A stretch of DNA of 64,000 bases, from positions 30,848,001 to 30,912,000 of the forward strand of contig CP068257.2 in NCBI GenBank assembly GCA_009914755.4, read 5' to 3'. Made by a program: the position numbers and the translations under genes. The DNA is from the human T2T-CHM13v2.0 reference genome, Homo sapiens. The notes below the pieces were generated by a model. That model saw nothing but the letters and a program-made list of their open reading frames with translations. It made no database searches and had not been told where the DNA came from. Every line of letters begins with the position of its first letter. Positions within the stretch are counted from its first letter, which is position 1. Shown here piece by piece: positions 28,191-41,794 of this stretch.

Positions 28191-29641
28191 GAGAGATGGG
28201 ACTCTGATCCCCTGTTCTGCACTTGAAGCCGGTGGTCAGAGGAGTTGAGCCATTTGCCTGAGGACACCATGGACAGCGGCAGGGCCAGGATTCAGGCTCA
28301 GCTAATACAAGGCTTGCACTCCAGCTACTCTGAATTTTGAGGGATGCAACCACCTCCCCACTCTGATCCTGAGTTGTCTAAATTAGCTTTCCTCCATCTC
28401 TTTCTATCCTTTTATGTGATTGTCACTCCCAGAAACCACAGGATAGAGATATTCGTTTAGTGACTATCTCTCCTGCTAGTGGCTCAGCTCCACAGGGTCA
28501 GGTGCCTTGTCATCTTATTTTGTGTGGTATCCCTGTATCTAGGATGCGGTGCTGGTACAGAACAGGTGCACAGTCAGTAGTTAAGGAACAACTGAATGAT
28601 GACTGCTGATATGGGCTTATGAGCTTTTTCCTGTGCTTTATTGTCATCCAATATTTGCTATTTATAAGATGTCCATTTTTTTAAAATGTAAGGACTTGAT
28701 GAGCTGTTATTTGATTTTATTGAGGGGTGTTTGGTGACATTTATCTTAGCAAACCATGACCACGCCTCCATATAATGTCCAAGAGAAAGAGTCTCTAAAT
28801 GCACTGTGTTGGATGTTAGCTAAATGAAATCACCACAAGAAGCTCGTGACTCAAATCACAGAGGCTCACAAAGCCCTAGTAGAACAGGTGCCTCTGGGCT
28901 TGCCTGTGGGTTTTCTTGGTGTGTCTATGTCGCTGTCTGGGTGGCCACTCTAGAGGTGGGAAGCATGCAGTGCATGCTCAGGGGTCTGCAGGCCAGTGTG
29001 CCACAGAGGTGCATATGGACATCAGGCTGGGTCATTTCGACCCAAACAGGCAGTGGCCACCAGCCAATGTCACACAGTGCTGAGCTCCATCCTCACTGCT
29101 GCTGGAGAGAGGTGCCCAGACAACTCTCAGTCGCATCCCCGGCCCCACTGTGGGGATGTGACCCACGGGATGAGCTGGGGTCTCTAGGCACCCCCAAAGC
29201 AGGAGCAGCTGGGAGCCAAGAGTGTGAGCAGGGCAGTTTCCAGCCCAAACCACCCAAATAGGCGGCAAATGGAGTGAATCCAAAAGTACATTTCCCAGGT
29301 CAGGCTGCAAGTAGCTTTGACACAGTAGTGCAGTCCAGTGTACATGGGGACAAGGAGAAGAGAAACCAAAATCGAGAGGTTTGTCCCCTGATATTAAAGC
29401 ACAGAGGTTGGCAGAAGGGACAGGAGGATGTCCAAGGGTCCCTGGTGAAGCATCTCCTGGGGTCATCTGAATGATCTGTGAGATGGTTTCCCCAACATTG
29501 AAAAAGCTTCTTAGGTATGTTTGAATTTACTGTCATTTCAATAATACAGACTTACTCCCCGAATTCATTCTAGAATCAAGATCATGACTCTAAGGAAGCT
29601 CATAGAAAAACATTGGAAATTAGAGAAATGGAAAAGGAGTG

Positions 29642-30350
29642 GTGTGTGTGTGTGCATGTGTGTGTGCATGTGTGCATGTGCGTCTGTGAGCATGTGCATG
29701 TGTATGTGTGCACGTGTGTGTGCATAGGTGTCTATGCGTGTGCGTGTGTGCATGTGTGCATGTGTGTATGCGTCTGTGTGCGTGTGTCTGTATCTGTGTG
29801 CATGTGTCTCTGTGTGTGCATGTGTGCGTCTGTATGTATGCATGTGTGTTTTTGTGTGTGCATGTGTATATGTGTGTGCATGTGTGTTTCTATGTGTACA
29901 TGTGTGTACATGCGTATCTGTGTGTGCATGGGTTTGCAGGTGTGCCTGTGTGTGCATGCATGTGTATCTGTGTGCATGTGTGCATGCGTATGTGCACGTA
30001 TGTGTGCATGTGTGTGCATACGTGTATCTGCATGTGCATATGTTTGCGTGTGTGTGCATGTATGTGTATCTCTGTGCATATGTGTATCTCTGTGTGCATG
30101 TATGTATGTGTGTTGCATGTGTGTGCATGTGTCTGTATGCTTGTGCGTGTGTGCCGTCATGTGTGTGCATGTGTATCTGTGCATGTGTGTATCTGTGTGT
30201 GCGTGTATGCCTGTATGTGTATCTGTGTGTGTGTTTGTGTGTGTGTATCTGTATGTGTGCCTGCATGTGTGTGTGTGGGTGCGTGTGTGTACGCATGCAT
30301 GTGTGTGCATGCATATGTGCGTGTGTATCTGTGTGTGTAAGTGTGTGTTG
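29642..30350. repeat. TG-rich composite minisatellite, degenerate units of the form GTGTGTGCATGTGT(A/C)T(C/A)T, ~710 bp
   Basis: Direct reading; it creates stop-free artefactual ORFs of 210-274 aa on both strands. Confidence 0.9.
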
Positions 30351-32292
30351 GAAGTTCTTAGCAAAGCAGTGTAATAGCTGGCTCAGCATGAGCCATTGTC
30401 CCCTGGCAGATTGTGCCCAAGGGGACTTATGTATTTAGACAGTCTTGCATGAGAATATGACCTCTCCTATTCCACATAATTACTGTTTCATTGACATCTG
30501 GCTTTGGGTGTTTACCTCATATGTGCCTGCAGGCATGCCTTTTGTGGCCTAATATTTCCGTCACTGCCCCTGCCCCCTTGGGACAGTGACAGATATGTCA
30601 TCAGCCTCTGGCAGGCCCTGCTGTGGGCTTCTGGGGCGCAGGGGTAAGGAAGCTGGGCAGAAGGGACAGGCTTGCAGCCTGGGATGTCCTGTTTTGGGAG
30701 GCATAATTGTTTCATAAGGGAGGAACTCTAGGGCCACAGATAAGCTTATACTGAAAGAGAAACACAAAAACACGCTCCAGAGTCAGAGCTATGTGATTCC
30801 CCCACCAGGGAGAATCACTGGAAATCAGCACCACCTTGTCACGGAGATATGGATTCGGATGTGTTCCCACGGTCTCCAATCTCTAGTTCCATGATAGAAG
30901 GTTTCTGTCACACCCCTAAGTGCTGTCAGACCAGCACTTGGTATGCTTTGTGCTTTCTTCTGGACAACTCTCGGGCCCTGACTGCTGCCTCGATCCTCTC
31001 AACAGCAATAGGGCCCCAACAGGGGGAACGCTCGCCATGGCCTCTGGGTGTCTTATCTGGACACGAATGAGCTGGAGCGTGCATTTGCCCCAAGTCAGGA
31101 TCTAAGGGTGGAAAGGAGCCTTAAAGGCCATAGGTCCCCCTTCAGAGGCTCCCATGGGCATGCAACAGCTGATCAAATTAAAGTCATTCACTCCAGCTGG
31201 GGATGAACCAAGGCTAAATTTAGAACAATGCCAGCAGAAACACAGTGTGAAGATTCTGTTCAATCACAAGGAAAACTTTGTTTTTCCAGAATACGGAATA
31301 GGAAAAGGAGCCACAAAAGTATAAAGTAGTCCAAGTGATTCTAGAGAACAGTTGACATTCCCTTAGTGTAAAGCCTGGGACCATGGAGAGAGCCCTGGCC
31401 TGAGCTTGGGGTCCTAGCCAAGTGGTGGCTTTGCACAAGTGACTTGGCTACAACAAGAGGGGTTGGACCAGCTCATCACTAAGATTCCAGCTGACCAACA
31501 TCTGGTGAGTTTGTATCTTCAAACTAGTTGATTCAGATGACTAGGAAGCCTTGTTCCCATGGACTTGCCAAGCATTGCCCATATTGTCCATCTCTGGTGG
31601 CTGCATCTCAGCAGAGTTGATGCAGACTTGCCTTAAAGAGCGCTCACTTAGCAGGAGGCAGGCCTAGGCCAAGAGGCACCTGGAGTCTTATGGGAGAGAA
31701 GCTCTCCTGGCAGGAGAACCCAGACACCCACCTCCCAGGAGAAGAGGAGAGGGAAAAAAAGGGAGCTGATTTATGGAGCCCCATCCCCGGGCGCCAAGCT
31801 GAGTGCTTAAATCCACAATTCCCTCCTTTTATGCACTCAGCAAATATTTTCATAATGCCCACTCTGTGCCAGGGATGGCACTGGGGATTTGGCAAAGAGC
31901 AAGATGGTTCCAGCCCCTGCCCTCAGGAAGCTTGCATTCTAGGTGGAGAGAAAGGATGGCACCCACTCAGCGAGTGAGTGACGATTGTAAGTTGGGCTGT
32001 GAAGAAAACATTCAAGATACTCTGAGACTAAATGACAGGGGACCTGGCTAGGCTAAGGCAGGGGGAGGTATCTAGTAGTGCTGGATGAAGAGGGAGGAAA
32101 GAACTTTCCAGGCTAACAGAAGAGCACATGCAGAAAAACCAGGGTGTGCAGGTATCTGATGTGTCACGAGTGAGGAATGGCAGGCTAGAGCGGGGAGCAG
32201 AGAGGAAGCGGAAGTTCTCGGGAGTTGAACTTGGGGAGGGTGACAAGGGCCAGGTCATAGCCGGCTTCCTAGGCTGTGGTCAAGAGTTGACT

Positions 32293-32669
<377 letters not shown>

Positions 32670-33041
32670 TAGCTTAGGAGAGGGAAGAGGCCATCTATAA
32701 GTTTTAAGTCAGGCAGTGATGTGACCCAATGTGTGTTTCTTAAAGATTATAGAGGCCATGCAGGAAAGATGGTTTATATATGGTCTGTGGTCGCTTTTGC
32801 ACTACAATAGCAGAGCTGTTATATTTGCAACGGAGACCATATGGCCCATAAACCTGCAATAGTTCCTATCCGGCCATTCACTAGAAAAGGCGGGCAAGAG
32901 AGGAGGATGGGGACCAGGTGCCTGCAGGGAAGATGGAGCAGAACAGTGTTTCATCCCTGGTTTTCAGATAATTTCACAAGGTTGAAAGACATCTTAATGA
33001 AAGTGAAAGTACAAGGCACTTACCAGGAGATATTCACACCA

Positions 33042-33317
33042 GATGCCATGGCTCACACCTGTAATCCCAGCACTTGGGGAGGCCAAGGCAGGAGGATCAC
33101 TTTCAGCCAGGAGTTTAAGACCAGCCCGGGCAACAAAGTCAGACCTCATCTTTACAAAAAAATATAATAAAAAGTTAGCTAGGCATGGTAGTACATGCCT
33201 GTAGTCCCAGCTTCTAAGGAGGCTGAGGTGAGAAGATTGTTTGAGCCCAGGAATTCAAGGCTGCAGCAGGCTATGATTGTGCCACTGCACTCCAGCCTGG
33301 GTGACAAAGGGAGACTC
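33042..33317 (+). mobile_element. Alu, 5'-truncated
   Basis: ...ccatggctcacacctgtaatcccagcacttggggaggccaaggcaggaggatcac...cactgcactccagcctgggtgacaaagggagactc. Confidence 0.9.
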
Positions 33318-33356
33318 TCTCTCTCTCCCTCTCTCTCTCTCTATCTATCTATATGT
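33318..33356. repeat. (CT)n(CTAT)n microsatellite in place of the Alu A-tail
   Basis: Direct reading. Confidence 0.8.
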
Positions 33357-33423
33357 ATACACAATATATTTGCTGTCAAAGGATTATCATCAAGAGTCTA
33401 TAGAAAATATACACATCCTTGGA

Positions 33424-33765
33424 CTAGGCACGGTGGCTCACGCCTGTAATCCCAGCACTTTGGGAAGCTGAGGCGGGCAGATCACCTGAGGTCAGGAGTT
33501 CAAGACCAGCCTGGCCAACATGGCAAACCCCGTCTCTACTAAAAATACAAAAATTAGCTGGTGTGATGGCATGCACCTGTAATCCCAGCTACTTGGGAGG
33601 CTGAGGCAGGAGAATCACTTGAACCTGGGGTGGGGGGCGGAGGTTGCAGTGAGCCAAGATCATGCCACTTACACTCCAGCCTGGGCAACTGAGCAAAACT
33701 CCGTCTCAAAAAAAAAAAAAAAAAAAAAAAGAAAGAAAGAAAGAAAAGAAAAAAGAAAATATACA
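33424..33765 (+). mobile_element. Alu with poly(A)+(GAAA)n tail
   Basis: 17-bp TSD aaaatatacacatcctt at 33405 and 33762. Confidence 0.95.
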
Positions 33766-35274
33766 CATCCTTTATATGTAACTGGAAAAGCACAGGCAAC
33801 CCAGAAAAAAAATGGGTACATGACATGAGCCAGCATTTGGAGAAGAGGAAATACATAAGCATGTGAAGACAGGTACAGATCAGGGGAACACAAATCAAGA
33901 CCATCGTAAGGTACAATTCTATACCCATGTGATTAGAAAATAATGTAAAAGTCTATGTGAGCCAAGTGCTGGAGAAGATGAGGACTGACAGGATTTCTCA
34001 CACATTGCAGCCACTTTGAACACCGTGTTGGCAGTAGTTCTGAAAATTGAAACTCACGTGCCCTAAGTCCATCAGTTACCTCCTAGGGTAGTACCCAAGA
34101 GAAACGCTTGCAGGTGTTGACCAGGGACATTGACAAGAATGCTCACGATCATCCACAAAAGCAGAAACCTGGCAACAGCAGGAGAGCAGGCAAATAAACA
34201 GTTCCCGACCCACCAGCAGGAGAGTGGGTGAATAAACTACATTATAGCCAAGACAGTGAAATATTTTACAGCGATATGATATTAAATTAAAAAAAAACAC
34301 CAAGTCTCCAACACTACCTATAATATTATACCCTTTAAATAAAATTTTAGGAATACATAGAGACGGAAGATAAAACTATATAAAAAAGGAAACAGGGGAG
34401 TAAGGAGCTTGGAATTCAGGTGGTAGTCACCTTGAGGGGGAGGCAAGGGGATGGGGAAGCACAGGTTAGACACAGGTGTGGTCAAGGCCTCGCTCCTATA
34501 CGGGTGTGCATTCATAGCACTGGTGCTAATTACAGTATTAAAAAGTAATTCGTTAGACATAAAGTAGGGCTATGTATTGACCAATGAAGAGAATGTCTCA
34601 TGTCCTAAGGATTATGGGTAATTTAATTCAGTCCACCAGGAATCCTCAAAATATGAAAAAAGAGGTACAGTAGCAAGTCCATAGTTACCGGCTGTGGCAC
34701 CCTACTCCCTTCTTGGAACCTGAAACGTCCCCATTCGACTTCCTTCACTTATAGCTCAAGTCGCTGCTGGAATTGACTGCTGGAATTGATTGCTCTGCTG
34801 TGACCCTACTCTGTCTGCCCTGGGTACCCGGCCCCTCCCACGACACCACCACTGGGAGAGGAGGGGAGGGGGCCACGGATGACCATTGTACCTCAGAGGC
34901 TTGAGCTGGATGGAATTGTTTCTGTCCAGATCTGTCCCTGGCCTGACCATGGGTGGCTGGAAAAGACTATAAATGGATGGGATTCAGCTTCCTCACACTC
35001 AGCACTCCTTGAGGTCGGCAGCATCACTGGCAGTGGGGCTCAAAGTTTATATTTTCCAAGACAGAGAAGTTGAGTTGTGGCCCACCTTGAAAGCCCTAAC
35101 AGCATCACAGAAGGAGAGGGTTTGGAGAGGACAGTGGCTCAAAGATTTCGGGGGAGAGGAGGGCTGCAGGATGGGGAGGAAAGGAGGGAAATTCAAAGGG
35201 GAGGAAGATGAAAGTGAAGTCGGGAGAGATGAAGCTTTGATCTGCATATTACTTACAGTATACAGGCTTCCATC

Positions 35275-35767
<493 letters not shown>

Positions 35768-35839
35768 AATACTTATTATATTATTAATATTTATAAATAA
35801 TATACATATTTATATTATTTATTTTAATATTTTTCTTTT

Positions 35840-36208
<369 letters not shown>

Positions 36209-36689
36209 TGAAAATATCTTTTTAAAATGGATAGTTGCATCTTTACCAAACATGTACAGACATTTTTTCTCCTGTCATTATTCCCAAAACAATACATGGT
36301 AACAACTACTTACCTAGCATTTCCATTGCATTAGCTATTACAAGTAATCTAGAAGTGATTTAAAGAATAGGGGAGAATGTGCTTAGGTTTTATGCAAATT
36401 CTGTGCCATTTCATATAAGTGACTCAAGCGTCCGTGAATTTTGGTAGCCTGGGAGTGTGGGGGAGGGGTCCTGGAACCAGTCCCCCACGGGTACCAAGGG
36501 ATGACTGTATATTTATATTTACTTTTTAATCTGAAAAAGGACAGAATTAAGTTTTGCTAACATCTATTATATTATTACTTAGGTTCACATATATACTTCG
36601 TACATAAGTTAATTCTTCATGAGCTACTTCTACTACTAACAATAGCAGCACTTTATTGAGCATTTACTATGTGTCAGGGAATATTCTAA

Positions 36690-36880
36690 GAGCTTTATAG
36701 GAATTAACTCATTTCACTGTAATGACTCTGTGATAGAAGATACTATATGCCCCATTTTACAGATGAGGAAACTAAGGCACAGAAAGGTTATGAAACTTGC
36801 CCAAAGTCACACAGCTACTGAGTGGCAGACCTGAGTTTGAACTCAGAGGAGTCTGGCTCCTGAGCCCCTCTGCTGTGTGT
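36690..36880 (+). mobile_element. MIR SINE
   Basis: ccccattttacagatgaggaaactaaggcacagaaaggttatgaaacttgcccaaagtcacacagctactgagtggcagacctgagtttgaactcag matches MIR consensus. Confidence 0.75.
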
Positions 36881-37105
36881 TTTTCTCCTACACATACATA
36901 TATTGACTCCGTAGGCGCAAAAGCTTTTTTGAAAAAAAATGTCAGTGGGGATATATGATTATTTTGGCGTAGACAGTCTCAAAGATGCTGGACTGGCATT
37001 CTTCATTAGCCCCCTGCTTGGGCAGACATCTGTTTCTGTGGGACTTGGCACTGGTGGAGTCTGCCAGCTCCTCCCAGCTCCTGACATGTTCTCTTCCTCC
37101 TGCAG

Positions 37106-37482
37106 CCCACCCAGAGAGAGCTGCCCTGCTGTTCGTGTCCAGTGTCTGCATCGGCCTGGCCCTCACACTGTGCGCCCTGGTCATCAGAGAGTCCTGTGCC
37201 AAGGACTTCCGCGACTTGCAGCTGGGGAGGGAGCAGCTGGTGCCAGGAAGTGACAAGGTCGAGGAGGACAGCGAGGATGAAGAAGAGGAGGAGGACCCCT
37301 CTGAGTCTGATTTCCCAGGGGAACTGTCGGGGTTCTGTAGGACTTCATATCCTATATACAGTTCCATAGAAGCTGCAGAGCTCGCAGAAAGGATTGAGCG
37401 CAGGGAGCAAATCATTCAGGAAATATGGATGAACAGTGGTTTGGACACCTCGCTCCCAAGAAACATGGGCCAGTTCTACTGA
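37106..37482 (+). CDS. EVA1C: Terminal coding exon: (A)HPERAALLFVSSVCIGLALTLCALVIRESC... (transmembrane helix) ...acidic stretch...SIEAAELAERIERREQIIQEIWMNSGLDTSLPRNMGQFY*; EVA1/FAM176 family tail
   Basis: Acceptor ttcctcctgcag|cccaccc read directly; ORF runs to TGA at 37480-37482. It is homologous to the EVA1 family conserved C-terminal region (PERAAL.FVS.VCIGL...ER..IIQEIWMN). Candidate AATAAA at about 37656, low confidence. Confidence 0.85.
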
Positions 37483-37749
37483 AAACCACATGCATCTTGA
37501 TGCGATCGCACTTTCTGAAGAAGGAAGGATCCCAAATGCCCCTCCAGTTCTGGTTCACCTGTACCTTCTATGAAGGAGAATTCGTCATGTCATTCAACAC
37601 TCGTGAGGCCAGGAAGCTATTAAAGGGATGTTTCAAGCTGTTTCTAGCACATTCCAAAATAAATGAGGAGGGAAGAGTCTTTGTTTTCTGTATTTCTTTG
37701 AATTTGTGTCTATACATTAATAAGTTATACATAATTAGAATTTACATTT

Positions 37750-37870
37750 GTTGAGCGCTTATAATGCCAGGCGCTATTCTAACTGCTTTTCATGTTCTGA
37801 GTCATTCAATCCTCACAATGTCATGAGCTGGTACTATTACCCCCATTTTACAGATGACTAAACAGAAGAT
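37750..37870 (+). mobile_element. MIR SINE fragment in the 3' flank of the terminal exon
   Basis: ...tgagcgcttataatgccaggcgctattctaa...cccccattttacagatgactaaacag. Confidence 0.6.
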
Positions 37871-37995
37871 TCCTATATATACACGTAAAACAGTTACACA
37901 GATACTCAGCAAACATGAGCTCATGAGTGATTTTAACCACTGACTTGTTTAGACCAACGGTTAGCAAACTTTTTCTTAAAAGGCAAGATGATAGG

Positions 37996-38293
37996 CTGGG
38001 CACAGTGGCTCATGCCTGTAATCCCAGCACTTTGGGAGGCCAAGGCAGGTGGATCACTTGAGGTCAGGAGTTCGAGACCAGCCTAGCCAACACGGTGAAA
38101 CCCCATCTCTACCAAAAAAATAAAAAATTAGCTGGGTGTGGTAGTGTGCGCCTGTAATCCCAGCTACTTGGGAGGCTGAGGCAGGAGAAATCACTTGAAC
38201 CTAGGAGGCAGAGGTTGCAGTGAGCTGAGGTCGTGCCACTGCACTCCAGCCTGGGTGACAGAGTGAGAAACTGTCAAAAAAAAAAAAGCAAGA
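37996..38293 (+). mobile_element. Alu, full length
   Basis: TSD gcaagatgata flanking. Confidence 0.95.
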
Positions 38294-38515
38294 TGATAAA
38301 TATTTTAGGCATTGTGGGTCAAATCCTCTCTGCCACAATTACTCGACTCTCCATTGCAGCTCAAAAGCAGCCACAGATATTACATAATGCATGAACTTGG
38401 CTGTATTCCAATAAAACGTTCTTTTTGGACACTGAATTTTAATTTCATTTTATTTTCACATGTTCCACGTTCTTCTTTTTTTTTTTTTTTTAAACCAGCC
38501 ATTTAAAAATGTAAA

Positions 38516-38580
38516 AGCCTGAGGCCAAGAGTTCGAGACTAGCCTGGGCAACATAGTAAGACCCTACCTCTATTTAATTA
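38516..38580 (+). mobile_element. Alu monomer fragment (FLAM-like) preceded by a 22-nt T-run
   Basis: gcctgaggccaagagttcgagactagcctgggcaacatagtaagaccctacctct. Confidence 0.5.
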
Positions 38581-39419
38581 AAAAAAATTTAAATAAAAGT
38601 AAATAAATAAAAATGTAAAAAAACATTCTTAACTCAAAGGCTGTACAAAAACAGACAGCAGGATGGAGCTGGCCTGTAACCTGTTTTTGTAAATAAAGTA
38701 TGGTTTGCAAAACCTAAAATATTTACTTTCTTGCCCTCTATAGAAAAAAGTTTGCTGACTCCTGGTTTAGAGTTTAAAACAGCAGAGCCCCTGGTGGTAA
38801 TAGCCATCAACCAGGGTACCTAACAGTGCTGTGGGCCAGGATCAAGTGGAGCTGGCTCCCAAATCTCTCCAAAAACAGGGTCCTACCCCACTTGGGGAGG
38901 GCTGGGTGGAGGAGCAGAAGAAAGAGTTCAGAAAACAGACCCCAGTGGGAGAACTTATTATTGGTTCCTGCAGACGGCTCTCCCTGGTAGACAGGAGGCT
39001 TATAGCTGTGGCATCAAATAAGAAAACATGTTTTTTTTCTTTTTTGTCCTAGTAATCCCAGGGGCTTAGAATATAAACATGATTGCATTTTTCATATGCC
39101 TATTACCAAAGAGCTCTCTCTCTGTTATCTTATTATCTTACTTCGTCATCACTAACCCTATAAACATATGTAGATGAGGAAGCTGAAGGCCGCCAGGGTA
39201 AGTATCGTCCAGCCCACGTCACACAGCTGGGAAGTGCTGGGACTGACTCATCCTGAGTGCTCAGGAAACATAGCTGTTCCCACAGGAACTCCTACAGTGA
39301 CAGGTATGGAGAAGGCATGTCTCTCTCAGTCTTGCAGACCATAAGGGTGAAGGGCCTATCTGCAGGATGCAGAGGAGGGTGGGTGTGGAGTGAGGAGGCT
39401 CAGCTGCCACTCTGGCATT

Positions 39420-39910
39420 CATTTTTAGTAAGTTGAAATCCACATAATGTAAAATTAACTCTCTCAATGACGTTTAGTCCATTTGCAATGTTGTGCAAAC
39501 ACCACCTCTATCTAGTTCCAAAACATTTCATCACCCCAAAAGAAAACTCTCTGCCCGTTAAGCAGTCACTCCCCATTCCTCCCTCCCTCCAGCCCCTGGA
39601 AAACACCAATTTGCTTTCTGTCACTATGGATTAGCCTGTTCTGGATAGTTCATGTAGATGGGATCACACAACATGTAGTCTCTTGTGACTGCCTCATTTC
39701 ACTTAACATAACGTCCTCAAGATCCATCTATGTTGTAGCAAGTGTAGCATGTGTTCATTCCTTTTCAGGGCTGAATAATATTCCATTGTACGGCTAGCCC
39801 ACAGTTTGTTTATCCAGCCATCAGCTGGTGGACATTTGGCTGGTTCCTTTGGCCACTGTGAATAGTGCTGCTGTGAACGTTCATGTGTGGCATTTCACCA
39901 GCACAAAGCA
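39420..39910 (-). mobile_element. L1 3' end fragment (old L1 family), antisense
   Basis: ...cagcccctggaaaacaccaatttgctttctgtcactatggattagcctgttctggatagttcatgtagatgggatcacacaacatgtagtc...gggctgaataatattccattgtacgg...catttggctggttcc. Confidence 0.7.
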
Positions 39911-40342
39911 GCAACTACAGACAGAGCTGGTGGGAAATCCTGTGTGTCCACTCAGTGGAAGGAAGGGGAAAGTCAAGATGGGTCAGAATGGCACCCCCTC
40001 TTCTACCCTCCACACCTGCCAATTTCAAAGCAAGCTTCCCTTACACAGGCCCCCTGCAGGTGGGAGAGCAGGGATTGGCCAAGAGAGGTGTCATACAGAT
40101 GGGCTGGGGGTGGTTTGGGTGGAGATTGAAATTCCTCAGGATTTCCAGGTACCGGAATTTCTCCCATAGGGAGAAATTGAAGGGGTTGAGGATGATGTGT
40201 TTTAACCCTTTCCCCGTTTAGGAAAAAAAAAAAAACGCAACTCACTGTCAGCGCTCATTTAATTTTACATAAACACACTTTGAGGCCGAAGCAAATCTGA
40301 CTGATTTTCAGTGTGAACATAAAATATAAAAAGCGTTCTTGG

Positions 40343-40983
<641 letters not shown>

Positions 40984-41058
40984 TCAAGTGCCACTCGTGA
41001 GTATTCTCAGGGCAAATGGGAGAAGGGTTAAATCTGTCATTGGAGAGAAATCTATCTA

Positions 41059-41357
<299 letters not shown>

Positions 41358-41744
41358 CTGGAGAGAAATCTATTCCAGATCATATCAGAGAATGCAGTGA
41401 ATTCCATTGTCCAACTATTTCATAACGATTTTGTTCTAATCAAAGAGAATCTTTGTCCTTTCATGTCCCTGAGTTCAGCAAGGAGCATTTTGATAATGTC
41501 CCAGCTCCCAGAGCAGCTGTCTGTCTCTATTTCCAGTTTGAAGGCAGCATCTTCCCTGTCCCCATGAACACAAATGCTGTCCAGCTGGTGGCTGATGACC
41601 GTCTGCTTGGGGCTGCAGATGTTCACGTTACCAGTTGAAGAAAGAGCTGTGCCCATATTGGCCTCAGTCACATGGTTTTCTTGGATTCCACAATGGGTTT
41701 TCGCTTATCTGAATTTCCCCCCATTAGCCCCCAGCATGCATGCT

Positions 41745-41752
41745 TACACACA

Positions 41753-41791
<39 letters not shown>
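41745..41791. repeat. (CA)n microsatellite, about 21 units
   Basis: Direct reading. Confidence 0.95.

Positions 41792-41794
<3 letters not shown>

Noticed and set aside
28400-29560. Moderately GC-rich unique segment with 145-aa ORFs on both strands
   Set aside because: No domain similarity, no splice structure, and opposing overlapping ORFs. Treated as non-coding.
29565-30438. Very long ORFs (210-274 aa) on both strands
   Set aside because: They lie entirely within the TG-rich minisatellite. The translations are monotonous Cys/Val/His/Thr/Met repeats with no start context, no splice sites, and mirror-image ORFs on the opposite strand. They are artefacts of stop-codon-poor repeats.
37483-37700. 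3'UTR and polyadenylation site of the terminal exon
   Set aside because: An AATAAA occurs near 37656 but the true 3'UTR length cannot be established without transcript data. It is not reported as a feature.
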